This document shows positions 1-14,487 of a DNA stretch of 64,000 nt, piece by piece; within the stretch, counting starts at the first letter, position 1, and the number at the start of each line of letters is the position of its first letter. The notes below the pieces were generated by a model, which ran no database searches, had not been told where the DNA came from, and saw only the letters and a list, made by a program, of their open reading frames with translations. This DNA is from Camelus ferus (taxonomy: Eukaryota): positions 92,444,001 through 92,508,000 of the forward strand of contig NC_045696.1 in assembly GCF_009834535.1 (NCBI RefSeq), given 5' to 3'. Position numbers and translations under genes: made by a program.

Positions 1-2149
1 TTGTAGCTGAATTTCTGTAACATTTTTGTACATATTTTCCTGAAGTAAATAACATTTAAAAGTTTTAATTGTTTTAAATAATTCCTTTTGATCTAATATG
101 TGGTCAAACCCTATATCTGTCAAAAAGGCTCCTTCAATTCATCATTATATCAGAATCTGGAAGAGATTTGTTTGGGAATTTATTTTGGAAAGGAACATGA
201 CAGTGCACCCCTGCCACCTGTCACAACAGACTGACCTTAGACACTAAGGATGCCCTCAGTCTGCAAGGGGTCCTCTGTTGCCTGTACATTTTGGAGACAG
301 ATGTTTTCTGCCCTATCCTTGAAAAGTATAAAGCATGTGCCATTGTGAATTTTTAACTAACAACTACTAGAAACGATAAGCCTTTCTTTCCCTGAATTTG
401 ATAATCGCATTCATTTAGCCACAACTACCTTTTATGAGTGCACTAGAGATTTAAATGGTAGAAAGACAGAGAAAAGGGGATGCAAAAAGTTAGAAAGGAA
501 AGAAGAGTTTCACAATTTATCAATACATGAGCTCGAGCCCCTGCACCGCCATCCCCCAACAGCCTTTAATAACACTGGGCTGGTGATGGGGCACAGCACA
601 CACCGACCACGACAACCGTGTTCTGTCCTGTGTGGAGGAGCCCCAGCTCCTGGCCCACCATCTGCTGTTTCTTCCAGCAGTGCCAATGCACCACCCCTTA
701 CTCAGGCAGCCCACACTCTCTGGGATGAAGGAAAGCTTGTGTCTCTGAGATGGCTGCCTGCATTTGAGGAGGGTAGCTCTCATGGTGCATCAAGTTAACT
801 GGACTACACAGGAATTCAGATCACTTTTGACCCCTTAGCCCTGTGACCCCATCAGCTGAGCTCCGATTCTACTCCTGCCCAAAGGTTACCAGCCACAGTT
901 CCTAGTCAGAAAAGAGGCTGAGAATGTGTCAGGTAAACGGACAAAGTGATCATTCAACATGCACAAAAGTACTCCCAACACTTTTGGAGAGCAAGAGAAG
1001 TACATCCTGGAATTCCTGCCCCAGGGCAGGGCAAGTTCCAGGGCCAAGGGGCCCACTCAGCCAGCCCCAGCCACAGGCGGCAGAGACCTCCATCTGCCAA
1101 AGCCTGGCCAGTCGCGATGTTCACGTGGACCCATCCTCCCCTCACTGGCCCGGAGTTCTCTGGAGAGAAGTGGTCATACTTTCTGCCTGGTATTCTCCCA
1201 AATCACTCTGAAAATAATAAAATAAGTCCACCTACAAGAAAAAAGCTTGTCTTCCAGGGCCTCAGATTGTAGCAAAAGAGAAAAACACAAAATGATGATT
1301 ACAATCGAGGCATCATTAAAGTTTGTTTTTACATTTTTAAACATACTGTTAAATATTTTTTAAAAAAGAAAATTTTAGAACAGCGTGAAGCATCTTATTC
1401 CATGAATGCAAAATTTTAAAAGTGTATTTAAGTTAGTAGAAGCATAGAAAAAAGTCTGAAAGAATATAGCAAAGAGAATTTAAAAATTATAACCAGATTA
1501 TGAAGGACTTTTAAAAATTATACATTTCTGTATTGTTTTAAATTTTATTTACCATGATCATGTATTTTTCAAAAATGGAAGGTAAGAATAAATCATTTAA
1601 ACAAAGTCAAGCCTTGAAAGAATATTCAATAGTAAGAAGAATTTCCTTGAATAGAGATTACAGAATAATATACACAGTACAATATTGATTTAAGATTTGC
1701 AAATAGTTATAGTAAAAAATACTAAAAGGAAATCCACTAAAATGCTATGAGTAAGCAATTTTGGGGTGAATGATTTTTATTTTTCTACGTTTTCCTAACT
1801 TTCTAGAATTATAATGGTTATTTTGAAAAACTGCAATGAAACAAGCCATGAAAGGTGGACTCAGTAACACCCTGAACATATATGTATCTAGGGAAATCAG
1901 GAAGACTTGTCCAAGTAAGTTAATTCCCTGGAGAAGCTGAAATATTCATAGAAACTCAGCCGAGGATGGGAGCAGCTCTCTCAGAGGGAACAATGTGAGA
2001 AAGGACAGAGAATAAGAGAATGAACGGTGTGTTTGAGAAGCGTCATGTGGTTCAGCACGAGTGGGAGAAGTGGGAGGGAGTGAAACTGATGAGAACTTAA
2101 GCCGCAAGGTGGGGACCAATGAAAGGGAATCCACCCTGTAAGCCTAGAC

Positions 2150-2480
2150 TTGTGGGGAAGGGAGAGTTGGAGGAAGATGGTCAAAAGATACAAACTCCCA
2201 GTTACAAGATAAAAAAGTACTAGGGATGTAAAGTACAATATGGTAACTATAGTTAACACCGCTATATGGTATATTTGCTAATTAAGAGAGTAGACCTAAG
2301 AGTTTTCATCACAAAGGCAAAAAGCCTTTTTTTAAAAAATCAGTATGAGATGATGGGTGTTCACTAAATTTATTGTGGTAATCATTTCATAATGTATGTT
2401 AAGTCAAATCATTATGCTGTACAGTTTAAACTTATAATTGATATAAACTTATAAACACTGTATATCTTAATAAAAGTAGG
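2150..2480 (+). mobile_element. LINE-1 3' end fragment (L1MA-like) inserted within an L2
   Basis: GGTCAAAAGATACAAACTCCCAGTTACAAGAT...GGTAACTATAGTTAAC...TTATTGTGGTAATCATTTCATAATGT...TATATCTTAATAAAA resembles recalled L1MA9-type 3' ends. Confidence 0.75.
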
Positions 2481-2937
2481 GAGAAAAAGAATCTGGGCTT
2501 GAATCTGTAAGCCAAGGAAGCCACTGATGGATTTTAAGTGGAGGAGTGATGTGATTTGATTGGTGTTTGAAATCACTGGCTTCACTATGGATGATGGGGT
2601 AAAATGAGGGAGACAGATCAGACTTTGCGGTGATTAAGGCAAGAAGCAATCAGGGTGAACCTAGATTTGAAAGATCATTAGGAAATAGAATAGATGGGAC
2701 TTAGTAACTTACTGGGTGCCCATGGGGCAGGGACTGGCATGAAGTGTGAGGCCTACAGGATGCCCAAGATTCTGACCTAGTGATGTACTTCATGGCATTT
2801 TTTCTCAACAAATAGGCATGAGGAGGGGTGATGTTCAAGAAGACTGGGGGTGCAGAGGTAACAGAATAATTAATTTCATTTTGGACATGCTTAGTTGAAA
2901 TGACTGTGGGTCATTCAGGTAGAAATACCCAATCTGC

Positions 2938-2977
2938 AAATAATAATAATAATAACAACAACAACAACAATAATAAT
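2938..2977. repeat. Compound (AAT)n(AAC)n(AAT)n microsatellite
   Basis: Seen directly in the sequence. Confidence 0.9.
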
Positions 2978-4359
2978 GGTCTGGCTGTCAGAAGAGACAA
3001 GTGGACAAGAGAAAACTATTTCAGAGCTATGAGTTACAGGTAGCAGTTCACCTACCAAGGGTGTGGATGAGGTGGCTCACAGGGAATTATGAAGGGAGCC
3101 AGTGAGCATGGGGCTCTGAGGAGTACCAGTGTTAGAGGGTCAGTAATGAAACAGGACTCGTCAGACAGAATTCAAAGAGGGAGCCAAAGGTACTGAGATG
3201 AGTCAGGAAAGCAATGTCCTAAAAGTAAAAGAGGTGCACCAAAGAGATGGCCAGGTCAAAACAAGGCCTGAAACCTCTCTTGTGGCTCTTGAGAAAAGCG
3301 CACATCCCCAGTGTTTTGGAGTGACGGAGGCTGGAAACAAGAATGGAAGGAGGTGAGAGGCTGGAAGGAAAGACTACCTCCCAGTAATACTGCTAATCAC
3401 ATGGCTCATGGGAAACGCTCTGAATACCGAAAAAGTAAAAAGAAGGACTACAAAAGGACTACCATCCCCTCCCCACAATCATTACTAACACTGCAGTGTG
3501 TAACTCTCTAATCTCTTTCCTAGTAAAACAGTTCACATCATTTAATAATCTTTCCTATATGGCTACCTCTCCCCCAAATTCTAGATCCATGTTTTCAAAT
3601 TCCTTTCCACTGAACATCAAACTTTCGTGGCAAATTTAGTTCAACTTTCTCGCTCCCAAATAGAATGCCCCGACTCCAACCTCACTCCCCTCCCCTTCCA
3701 GTTAATGACAAGAACATTCTGTGACTCCTCCAGCCTTGGAGCCACCTTTGACTCGTCCCACCGTGCCAGCTCCCACAGTCAATCAGGTACAGAATGTAGT
3801 GAGTTAAGCCTCTGTGCTGTTCCTCTGATTCAACTGTTCTTTACGTACCCTCCACCCTGAGGAGCTCCCTTGTTTCCACCCTCATCTCTCCAGGACCAGA
3901 CTTCTGGGTGAGCTTCCTAGAAGGCCTCCCTGCCTCCCATCTCTGTTCTTTCTGGCTTGGCTTCTCTGTTCTTTCCTACTTCTTGATTGATTGATTCATC
4001 TCTAAGGCATCATTGTGCCTAACTCAGAGCCTTGCACAAGGCAAGTATTCAAAAAGCACTTACTGGGTGGTATTTAAAGGAATTTTATTGCAGAATAATT
4101 CATTTAAGTACTACTGCATTCAAAAAAAGGAACAAGATGAGTCATTTGTAAGCAGTAACAAAAATACATACATTTTCATACATTTTCTAGTAACTCTCCA
4201 GGTACCAAGCATTTTCCTCTGACACTGAATATCCAAGGACAGAAAATTAATAGGTAAACCAAGATAAATGTCTATTGTTTTAAAAGTGTCGATAGGTAAG
4301 TTCCTCCCGTTTTACACTGCAACCTGCTGTAAGGCCACGGCTAGTCAGCGCGGGGGTGG

Positions 4360-4745
4360 ACCAAGCACTGGTTTAGGAGTCAGGCTAACCTGGTTCTGCT
4401 CTTCGCTCTGCCATTCACTGGCTGTGCGACCATCATCAGAGTAGTTCACCTCTCCAGCTGTTTCCTTCTCTGTGAAATGGAAATGTCCAGAACTGCTTTA
4501 TAGGATTGCTGTGAAGAATGAATTAGAAATTAAGACTAGAGAACTTGCCTGGAATCCCAGCTTTCTACCATCTATCAGCTGAGTGACCTCTGACATGCTA
4601 CTCAATCCCTCCAAGCCTAAATTTTCCCAACTATAAAAGGAAGAAGATGATGATAATAGTTCCAAGCTAATAGGGCTGATGACTCGGGTGCCTGAAACAG
4701 TCTGCATTCAGTATATGTCAAGTAGTACAGTAAATCGATAGTGAA
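4360..4745 (+). mobile_element. Two adjacent MIR SINEs
   Basis: MIR cores CTCTGCCATTCACTGGCTGTGCGACC...CTCTGTGAAATGG and AATCCCAGCT...CTGAGTGACCTCTGACATGCTACTCAATCCCTCCAAGCCTAAATTTTCCC. Further MIR remnants at about 8395-8510, 12215-12350, 19300-19500, 30290-30400, 31070-31240, 42005-42230, 43010-43140, 49365-49485, 50180-50400 and 53870-54070. Confidence 0.65.
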
Positions 4746-6010
4746 GTATCGAACGCAGAGCCTACTACACAGAGAATATCCAATAAATAGTATTTTTATT
4801 ATTATTACTTTTACCAGGAGGATGTACATAAAAAATACAACTACTCTCATGAAGGGAAAGTATTCTTTTATTACACACAATTATAGTTTCTAAGGGAGGA
4901 CTTCAGTATTTGAAGCAATTTAATCTTCTCCTAAATGAAACTAGTTCTGAGCTGGAGCACCGACAAAGCAGTATGTAATCTCACCGCATTTAATCTCTTC
5001 TACTGACGCCTTTGGTGTCTGTGGTTACCCGCCTCTTCTAGCAACCAGAACTTTATATTATCATTATTTCATGCAAGGGTGGACTGAGAGATAAATCTCT
5101 TGGTGACACTTGCTTAGTTGTATGACATGTGCCTACTTAGAGAGCTCAAAACGGGCTGTGCCCTTAACCTAAAACACTCACATGTGATGGGGCCCCTCAG
5201 CATGAAACCACAGAAGCATTCACCCAACTTAGCTGGGGAAGGGTGGGGGGGATCCAAACCAGGGAATAATAAAAGACATAAATAGCTTATTTTTATTTTA
5301 TAAGGTTTACATATACTCTTCCTGGAATAGGGAGGGAAAACATAAGTGGACAATAACTTTTTTCATTAGTTAGTACTTACATATGGGTTTTGATATTAGC
5401 ACAGGACAATAAACTCTCCTCTCAAATCTCCACTATTTTGAAAACTACCGAGTCAAGCACATAATTAGAACTTAGTAAATATTCCTTGAATTTCAACTAA
5501 TCAGTAAATTAATATATATTTCAATGACTTCAGTAAAATAAAACCTTACACAATATTGGTGATTCTCAACCAGAATGGGACAGCAGGAATTCATCACATT
5601 ATCTGCTTTAAAAAGTAACAAATGAGAAATAAATTTATTTCATCCAAAAACATTTATTCTACATCTATAATATGCCAAGTACATAGGCTTTCAAAATATA
5701 AAGATATACTAGATTCTCTAACCTCTCAAGATTAAATGGACAAATCTCCCAATTCAATGGGCTTTCAAGGAAAAGAGAATTCTAGAAGGGTCCTGCTCCC
5801 TTCCTACCAATTTCTTCCATGGAACAATGGGACAAAATTGTAAGAAAGGGAAAGCCTAGCATCTGGCCCTCTCTGTCCCACTACCCCTCCTCTTCTCCTG
5901 ACTAGTTCTTGGCAGAGTATTCCCTCAACTTTGTGGAGTGGAATTTCTGGAGCAAAACCTCAAAGTCATACAACACTGGAGCCAGAGGTCATCTTAGAGG
6001 TCTCCTTGCT

Positions 6011-6153
6011 CGTGGTTCTCAAATCCTTGGGGGCTTATCAGCTCACTTGGGGATATTTTTCAAAACATTTGCCTGTGCCCTGGTTCAGACATGTTCTGGA
6101 TGGTGTGAGGAGTGAAACATTCCTGCAGCACTGTCCCTAGTTGAGAACCACTG
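6011..6153. mobile_element. MER5-like hAT MITE
   Basis: Inverted termini GTGGTTCTCAA ... TTGAGAACCACTG. Confidence 0.6.
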
Positions 6154-7786
6154 GTAACATCCAAGATACTGACATAGTCCACAGGAACATGAGAGACTTG
6201 CCCAAGATCACTGTGGAACCTCAAATCCAGGTCTGTTTACTCCAGATACCAATTTTTCTCTAACCCTGCAATCCCACGTTGACCTCTAAGAAGTCTGGTG
6301 ACCCTCCTAAAGTTGTATATAAAATTTGAATATATGTGAATATATACATTTAACTGGGCATAGGGTCTATGGCTCTTAACAGATTCTCAGAAAAATCCAC
6401 TGTCCCCAAAATTTAAGAATCATAAGTTCAAATTTGCATTGACTATTCCCCAGGCAAGTATGAAATGTCTAGATAGAGTGACACAGGACCAGCCATGTTT
6501 GACTGGGGGTTAGAACCCTTCCATCATTTGAAAAATGCAGTATAAGCCCCACTCTGTAAAAGCCCCTCAGCATACACCAAGACTTTTGCCTGGATTCTCC
6601 CTGTGCATTAATGGCTTTTTTCCCCACTCGGATACAGATGCCCCTGGAGAATTAAGACAAGCCATTATCACACACAGTGGAGATGAAGTCATCATATTGT
6701 TTCCACAGTGCTTGTGGAGGAGCTGCCAGCAGATTTGCAGGGTGGGGAGGAGGCAATGGGACTACAGGGGCCACAAGTCCAGAGAAATGGAAACAGCCTG
6801 ACAGAGCAAGGGGCATGCAAATAAGAGACAGGTGCGTCTCAAGAGCCCAAAGCATCCCTGTTTTCCTTTAATGACAGCCCTGCAGGATATAGATCCAAAC
6901 TCACTGCCAAAGATCAGAAGCCTCATGAGCAAACTGATCATATGATTCAAACCACTCTAAGCCCTGCGGCATCCTCCATCAAACAAATAAATAGGTAAGT
7001 GAAAAAATAAATAAATCACATGACAGCCAGAAAAGCATCATTTTGCCCTGAAGGATTCCACTAGCATCTGGTGGAGTTAACTAGAAGCTGGCATGTATTC
7101 TAGAAATGAGAGCTCACTGAAGATGCCCCCTCAGTGGCAGCCCAAGCCACATGACTTCCCACTGCCTCTTTGCATGCCTGCACCAGTGGCTTCATGCCTT
7201 CAGCTCTCACTGGGCTGTGAGACCAAGAGAGCCAGTGGAAGCAACCACATTTGCTAAGTATCAGCTCCTCCAGCCCCACCTGACATTTAGGGGCAGTTAG
7301 CCACCTGTAAACAGACCTAAAGAAAGATCTAACAGATACGCGGGTTCTTGGCTTCCTTGACTATATGCTGATACTGTATGTTGATACTTTGACTGTATGC
7401 TGAAACAATCAGGGTGTCAGGGAGGACCCATCCCATTTCTTATGAAGCAGGTCACTTTCTGCCGGGAAAATTTTATTTTCTTGAGTGCCATAGATCCTGC
7501 TGACAGGTTACCCCTCCGACAGCTGTTTGCACAGCTAAAGAGCTCCTCCTGCTGAATTCTCGTCAAGGAACTGGAGGCAAAAAGCAGCTCCCCCTTATAA
7601 GCCCTGCCTGTAATGCATGGCCAGTGACATCATGTTGCTAATTCTTGCCTGGGAACAATCCACTAAAAATCACCTTGAAGGGAGCAAAGATAGAAGATAC
7701 CAAGTGTTTAATTCCTAAAATTATGTTCAGTGAATTGGAGACAAGGACACTAGATGTGAGCAATATCTTTGTTCCCAAATGGACAA

Positions 7787-8342
7787 TGTGTTAGGTTCTC
7801 AAGAGAAACAGAACAGGAGATCTGCGTATGTGTGTGTATGTGTGTGTGTGTGTGTATACATATACATGTAGTGGGGAAGAACAAACACACATATATAAAG
7901 ATATAGATATATATAAAGAGATTTATTATAAGGAATTGGTTCATGTAATTATGGAGGCTGAGAAGTTTCACAGTCTGTCACCTGACAGCTGGGGACCCAG
8001 GAGCACTCGAGCTACACTTCTAGTCCAAGTCCAAAGGCCTGAGGAGCAGGAGAGCCCTTGGTGTAAGTCCCAGCCTGAGGACAGGAGAAGACGGTTGTCT
8101 CAGTTCCAGCAGTCAGGCAGACAGCAAATCGCCCCTCCCCCTGTCTTTTTGTTCTATTCAAGCCCTCAACTGCCCGCATGCTGACTCACTTTGGGGAGGG
8201 CAATCTGCTTTACTCAGTCCACCAGTTCAAATGCTAATCTCCTCTGGAAACACGCTCACAGACACACCCAGAAATAATGTTTAACCTAATCTCTGGGCAT
8301 TCTTTGACCAGATCAAGATGACGCGTAAAATTAACCATCACA
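7787..8342 (-). mobile_element. MLT2 (ERVL) solo LTR with internal (TG)n/(TA)n
   Basis: Ends ...AAAATTAACCATCACA (reverse complement of the MLT2 start TGTGATGGTTAATTTT). Contains GAGATTTATTATAAGGAATTGGTTCATG and AATCTGCTTTACTCAGTC. Confidence 0.85.
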
Positions 8343-11300
8343 TACACCCTGTTGCACTTTTGTCAGTTACACAGACTGTTAACGCTGGAGGAGAGTTTTG
8401 AGTTAATGCTCTCATTGAAAGATGGAGAAACTGAGGTCCCTAGAGAGGTCAAGAGACTCAGTCTCACAGACAGTTGACAGTAATGTTGGAAATAAAACCC
8501 AAAGGGACTATGCCATTTTTTTTCTTACCACCACTGAATGATTGTTCTTATTACCCAAATAGTTCACCACTCATTTCTGGTACATTTAACATTTTTAATT
8601 AATTAGTTAAAATTAGGAAGAGTCTCACTTCCAGAGGATACATTTTTTCTTCCTTTTTTTTCCTCATCCACTCCCCATTGCCTTGCTACATCTCCCATTA
8701 TTCTTTCATCTTGAAAACACTTTGGCCAACTCATCAGCTGTCTTGGTAACAGTTCCATTGCCTCCCACAATGAAGTCAGGTGTGTACTTCTTAAGACATC
8801 CTAGATGTGCTGTGAGAAAAGTGCTGGGTCTATTTCTACCGGACAGATTTCGTGGCAGGGTCTTGTAACCAGGTCCATTGCCCCTCTTAGAAGTTGACAG
8901 CAGTGGGTCGAGGCAGCTGACATTCAGACCTTCTTCTAGGCTTTTCTTTCCCTTCAGAGAAGGATCCTTTGCTAGACAACACTTGTCAGGTGCTCCTGAT
9001 GTGTCTTTCCCCAGCACAAACCTTTCTATCCAGAGGTGTTGGTGAAGTCGTGCAGGGCTGCAGAGACAGGCTGGAACCTACCTATCTTGAAAGGCACCAG
9101 ATGGCCTCAGCTCTTTCTATGGCTCATTAAACCCAGGCTCAGAGAGTCTTCCCAGCCTCTGATAGTGCCCTGAGGATTACCAGACCCTACCTCAGTCCTT
9201 TGACATGACAGTCTCATCTCCTATAGTCTTGTCTTCCTATATGACCTTATGATGTCTGCCTCAGTTTACCTAGAAAAGCCTCTATCTTCCCTCAGTGACC
9301 ACTTCCACTGACAATTGCTTAGATATAAGTGACCAACCATGCCACCATCCTTAATTCCCCTTTAAAGGATATCATTTTAAGTACAACAGGGCAATACTTA
9401 AAAATTCTGTTATGAAACTCCACTGTCCCTCTGCCTGTCACACCCCACCAGAGGGACTTAGAGTGTGTTTGCTCACAGCACCTACTTTAATAACAACTTC
9501 TGATGAATACAGATAGAAAGAGAATCACCAGATTTACGTGTGAATCCGCTCGGCATCAAATGCTCTTTGTGTTCCTAGTTCAAGGATTTTTCTCAAAATT
9601 CTTTTGAATCCTGAATAAATACATGTATCTTATATTTATATATGTGTGTGCATGTATTTAAGTTATACGTACCGGGCATATTGCCAAGGAATACAAAACC
9701 CAGTCTACTGTGTCTAGGTTAAGCTGAAGTGCATTAAAAAAATGTTTGTGATGAGATTTCTCATTATAGAACCTCCATGCCTGGCACACACTCACATTCT
9801 CAGATACATTCTACTCCCAGAAATCTCCTGAGACTTGGTCAGACTGAATAAATACAAAGACTGGGGTCTGTGGTTTGTGAGGGAAGCTTACAAGTTGGAA
9901 CCCACCAATAGGTTGGGCTTTTTTGTCTTTGATTTCAAAGGGAATTTTCAGAAACAGACTGTCACGAGAGGACACTGGTTATGTACTTAACGCTTGCGGG
10001 ACCGCACAGTTTCAGCTCTTTGGGGGCTGTGGGGAAAACGGGGAGTTCTTGAGATAAACACTCAGAGCACTGGAGTACATACACACGGGACTCTTCCTTG
10101 TGACTGGTTTATTCAAAGCAGAAAATGTCAGGCAAACATGAAGAATTGTCTTCAGGGTGGACATATTTCACATTCTTGTCCTTTAATGGGCCTAATAATA
10201 TAAAACTGCATAAAATAAGTGTTGCCATTAAATGAAAAGTATAAATCTCTCTCCCTCTTGCTTCCCCATTTCCTTCAAGGAGACTCTTTCAAGCACTCTG
10301 TTTTATAGTCCGTGCTAATTTCTCCATAGCCAAAGGACCACTGGGGAGAAATTCATATCTAAAATATAGTCATATGGATTAGGATTCCTCAGGAAAGCTA
10401 TTGCTCAATGACATTTATAGAGGAGAGAAACCAATATAGATCATTCTTACTCTTACAATGATATTTCTGGAAAGGGTATCACAGGTCGAGATGATATAAG
10501 TGGAAACTGATTTAAGTGTGTATGTGTGTCTGTGTGGGTTAAGTTTCTGACCATGAGCTGATGCTCAGATTTGATAGAAATGGCCCTAAGCAACATATTC
10601 AATGATAAAATTTTATCCTTGTATAGCTCACACAAAGGTAAAGACAGCATAGCTAGGTAAGCACAGAAACTCTTGAGCGTCCTGCCTGCAGTAACCTTTG
10701 AATCGTGACTCAGGAAGTGTCCTCACAGCTGTGTTTTGCCCAGTTTACCTCCAGAGAGCAGAATGTGGGATTCCTCTCTTCACCTCAGTTTGGAGAAGAG
10801 ATTTAACTGATCAGAAAACACAGTGTGCTCAGAACCAAGAGAAACAGGAAGCCAAAGCCTGTGAACCCAGAGAGAAGCCATTCTAGGCATGAGCTGGAAA
10901 AGGGGCCCCTTTGGAAACGAGGTTAATGAGAATATATTGTGCTTCAAACAAACTTTGAACAGAGACTGAAAGCAAAGGCCAATTAGAAATAGTCAAATAT
11001 CCCATGTGGCAAGAACAGCTCAAGAAGGGAATTCAAACAGAATAAGAACAGAAACTGTTCTCACTCATTTCTGGCTGCAAGGTTTTGCCAGTTTCTTCTT
11101 GATGACGGATAGAACATCATTGATTATTGTATATAATGAGGCTTAAAATCACTGCATATGGTTATCATTGTATACAGTGGGGTCCAAGCATTTTCAACTA
11201 ATTAGTTTTCCATCTTCCTAAGGTCCCAGGACAACCCCTCTTGATGAAGATATTGGGGCTGAATGAACCTTGTCGCTTGTCTGGTGCACTCAAGATTCTG

Positions 11301-14300
11301 ACTCTGAGAATGATCCCACTAGGGAAGTGTCATTCCTTACAAAATATTACCTTTAAGGGCTTATCTGTGCTTGGGCTACTATTAGACACAGTGGATATAT
11401 AAAGATTTAAGTGTATATAAGTCAGTCTAACAATGTAGCATGATAATAAGTCACGTAAAATTGTTTTATATGATACAGTATAGAAGTGTTTCTTAGAACA
11501 CTCATTCCTTGCCTTATTTCTACTGGAAAAGAAATGACAGATGAAGGAGCACTTGAGAGTCATGGAATTAGGAAGTCTTGCTTTCAGCAGGATTTTCATA
11601 GACATGTGGAAAGAGCAACCAGGTTACCTTGATTACTAAGAAACTGATCCGGGAATTCTTGTTTACTTGCCTTCTGTTTATTAGTACAAATGTCCACACT
11701 AGAGATCAAGTTTTTGGTGATTTTGCTGTCCTCAAAAGAGGACATCTTGCTGTTTTCCTGAGCTAATTTCTCACCAGCATCACTAGCTTCATGTGGATGC
11801 TGCTGTTATGAAATACATCTAAAATTCTCCTATTCAGTACATGTTGACACGTGCCTGCTGTATTGCCTGAAATACGGTAGGCCCTAAATTTATGGTTTTT
11901 TATTAAATGAATAAATGAATGACTAGATGTGATAGGTACTCTGCAAGACTCTGTGAAGAATGTTTAGATGAATAAGATTTACTGTATATTAGAGATTTAA
12001 TATACCCTTTTTGTATTTTTACATTGCTAAATTAGAATGCTTCTTACAGTCAGTAGTCTGAAAATTACGATAGGCAATGTGTCTCTTTCTTTAATGGTAC
12101 ACAGATTAATGGTGCATCTTACAAGTGATGGTGTCTGGTTTGATGATTATCCTATGTCGTATATCAAACTGAGAGAACACAGCTTGCGGCAAAAATTCTG
12201 GATTTTAAATACAGACAAAAGCTTAGACGGCCTCATGTTCAACCTCTCTCATTTACCAGATGTCAACACTGAGACCCGAAGAGGTCGAGGCCCAAATAAT
12301 TCAGCTATTTCATAGAAATGCTGGAACTTGAGTGCAGTTTTCCTGACTCTTGGCTGAGTACATCACACAGCATTATTTTACATGATAAAAATTTCATTAA
12401 TAATCCCAATCTACACTGACTTTTTTTTTTCTTTCCATTAAAAAGCTATTTGGTCAAAAACTGGCTGTTTTTTACCAAGTTTTTTACCATCAGATCTTAT
12501 ACATGTTGATGAGTTTTTTCTCAGAGTTAGCACTTTTGAAAATTACACACTTTTATTCTACTGATGTTGTTATAGCACAAAACACCTCTGGGGTTTGTTT
12601 GATGTCATTTGCAGAGAAAGTTTATCTGTTAGAAAAGATAATCAATCTTCTCACTTAGAACAGTAGCACTGTTACTTCTTAGAGGGCATTTCAGAAACTT
12701 GCAAAAGTGATTTGATCGTAACAAATGACAACGGTGCCACTTCCTTTTAGTGGGCGTGGGTCCAGGACAAGCTCAGGCCTAATCTTCATGGAAAGCTCCC
12801 CACTTTTCCACCCCCTACTCCTTTGGTCCCTGTAAAGAGCTTCATATGCCCCCTCATGCAGCTGCCCCAGCCCAGGTGGACAGCCCAGCCTGTTCGTCCA
12901 CACCCTCGCCCTTGGCCCGGGCTGTGGCCACCCTGCAGGGCAGAGTCCACAGAAGGGGCTGTGCGGGCCCCTTAGGCAGGGGATTCGGGAGTTCTGGCCA
13001 TGCAGAGAGAGCAGTCCAGAGAAGGGGGGCTGGATGGGCACAGCCACTGGTCCCAAGATTTCTGTTCTGTCAGTCAGAATAGGGTCCTGGGCAGCCTGGG
13101 GCAGGGCTGGTCACACTGCCCTGCAGGCACAGTCTAGTACAACCAAGCAGTGCCTGTGTCCTGACAACGCCCAAATGTCCTGCCAAACTAAACCACTGCA
13201 AATATAAACTGGTTCATATAAATCCTAAGAGGTCTTCATAAGAAGGTATGCAAAATGCCCAATCTTCTAGCAGGACTTTATTTGGAAGAGAGAAGCTTAC
13301 ACGGAATAAAGATCTTGTCATAAAAATGACTGACCTGTTTATTCACTGCACACATTCTCTCTGCCAATTTCAACTCTTCATTTAGTTGAAAAGGTTGTCT
13401 GTGCAACAGTGAGGTTACCACAAGAGCAAAGAAACTCTTTGCAAGTAGCTAATAGATGAGATTTGAAAGCCTTTTTAACAGGTTTAAAACCATCTTCCCT
13501 GGAGAAGCCCAGGCATCTCACTGAATTTCATTAATTAGGGTTGTTTTAAAATACCCCATATTATTGCCTACTTATATGCACATAATTTAAAATTGTTTTA
13601 ATGCAGTGATAAAAATAATATATTGACATGATTTATTTGGGGATTACCTGTTACTCTGCAACCTTACTGTTACCACCCCTCTAGTTCTACTACACAATTT
13701 CTTATAGGTTCTTATGTTACATTACTCTGTTTTCAGATGCACCCTCTGCTCCCCCTTGTCTATTGAGGCTACAACCTCAAGGGCCTTCATATCTACTAGA
13801 CCCTGAGTGTGGCCTTCACAGTCAATAGGACCACAAGGCAGGAAAAAATGCGTCACCTCATTTCTATGGCTTCCCACATCACAACGTGAGAATGATTTTC
13901 ACACTGCACTTAACAGTAAAGCCCAGCATGTTATTTGCCATATTACACTTTCTCATGACATCTGAATTTACGCTGGCACACCACCTCTGCTTCAAGTAAG
14001 GCCACTGTCCTTTCTCTTATTCGCCGCTGAACATCTGCACATGGGAAGACATGAGGGAGGGAAGGAAGCTCCAGCCAGAAGCCGGGCAATTCCCACACCT
14101 CAGTTCCCAGCATCACAGCAGGCTTTCCTCGGCACGTGAGCACAACCCTGGACTCCCTCACCCCCCTTCCAGGAATCAACCTGTGATCCAGAGGGGAGAA
14201 AAGGCCTTGTACACAGTAAACAAGCCCCCAGTCCAACAAGATTTGAAACGGTATTCAAAAGTGGGAACTGACCATTTGCGTGTGAAAACTAAAACAAGGA

Positions 14301-14353
14301 GCAATCAGAAGCACAAAAGGGGAGTAAAATATAAAGATGAAAGGAAGGCTAGT

Positions 14354-14487
14354 TTGCAGCCAATTAAGCCCACCATGCACTTCTCCCCATGGAGCCCACT
14401 GTGCCATGGCTGCAGACAGCAGCCTCCTCGGTCGTGTGTGCAGCCTGGTTCTTGTATGGGTTTCCCTAAGAGACCTTGGAGCTGGGC
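14354..14487 (+). ncRNA. SNORA70: SNORA70 (U70) H/ACA snoRNA retrocopy, probably non-functional
   Basis: TTGCAGCCAATTAAGCC...GTGCCATGGCTGCAGACAGCAGCCTCCTCGGTCGTGTGTGCAGCCTGGTTCTTGTATGGG...GACCTTGGAG matches recalled SNORA70 end to end (~134 nt). H box ACAGCA is at 14416-14421. The expected terminal ACA box position (14482-14484) reads CTG. Confidence 0.9.

Larger units (their letters stand above)
1850..3360 (-). mobile_element. L2 LINE remnant (interrupted by the L1 at ~2150-2480)
   Basis: Purine-rich antisense L2 hallmarks such as GGAAGCCACTGATGGATTTTAAG..GGAGTGATGTGATTTGATT and TTTTGGACATGCTTAGTTGAAATG. Confidence 0.65.
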
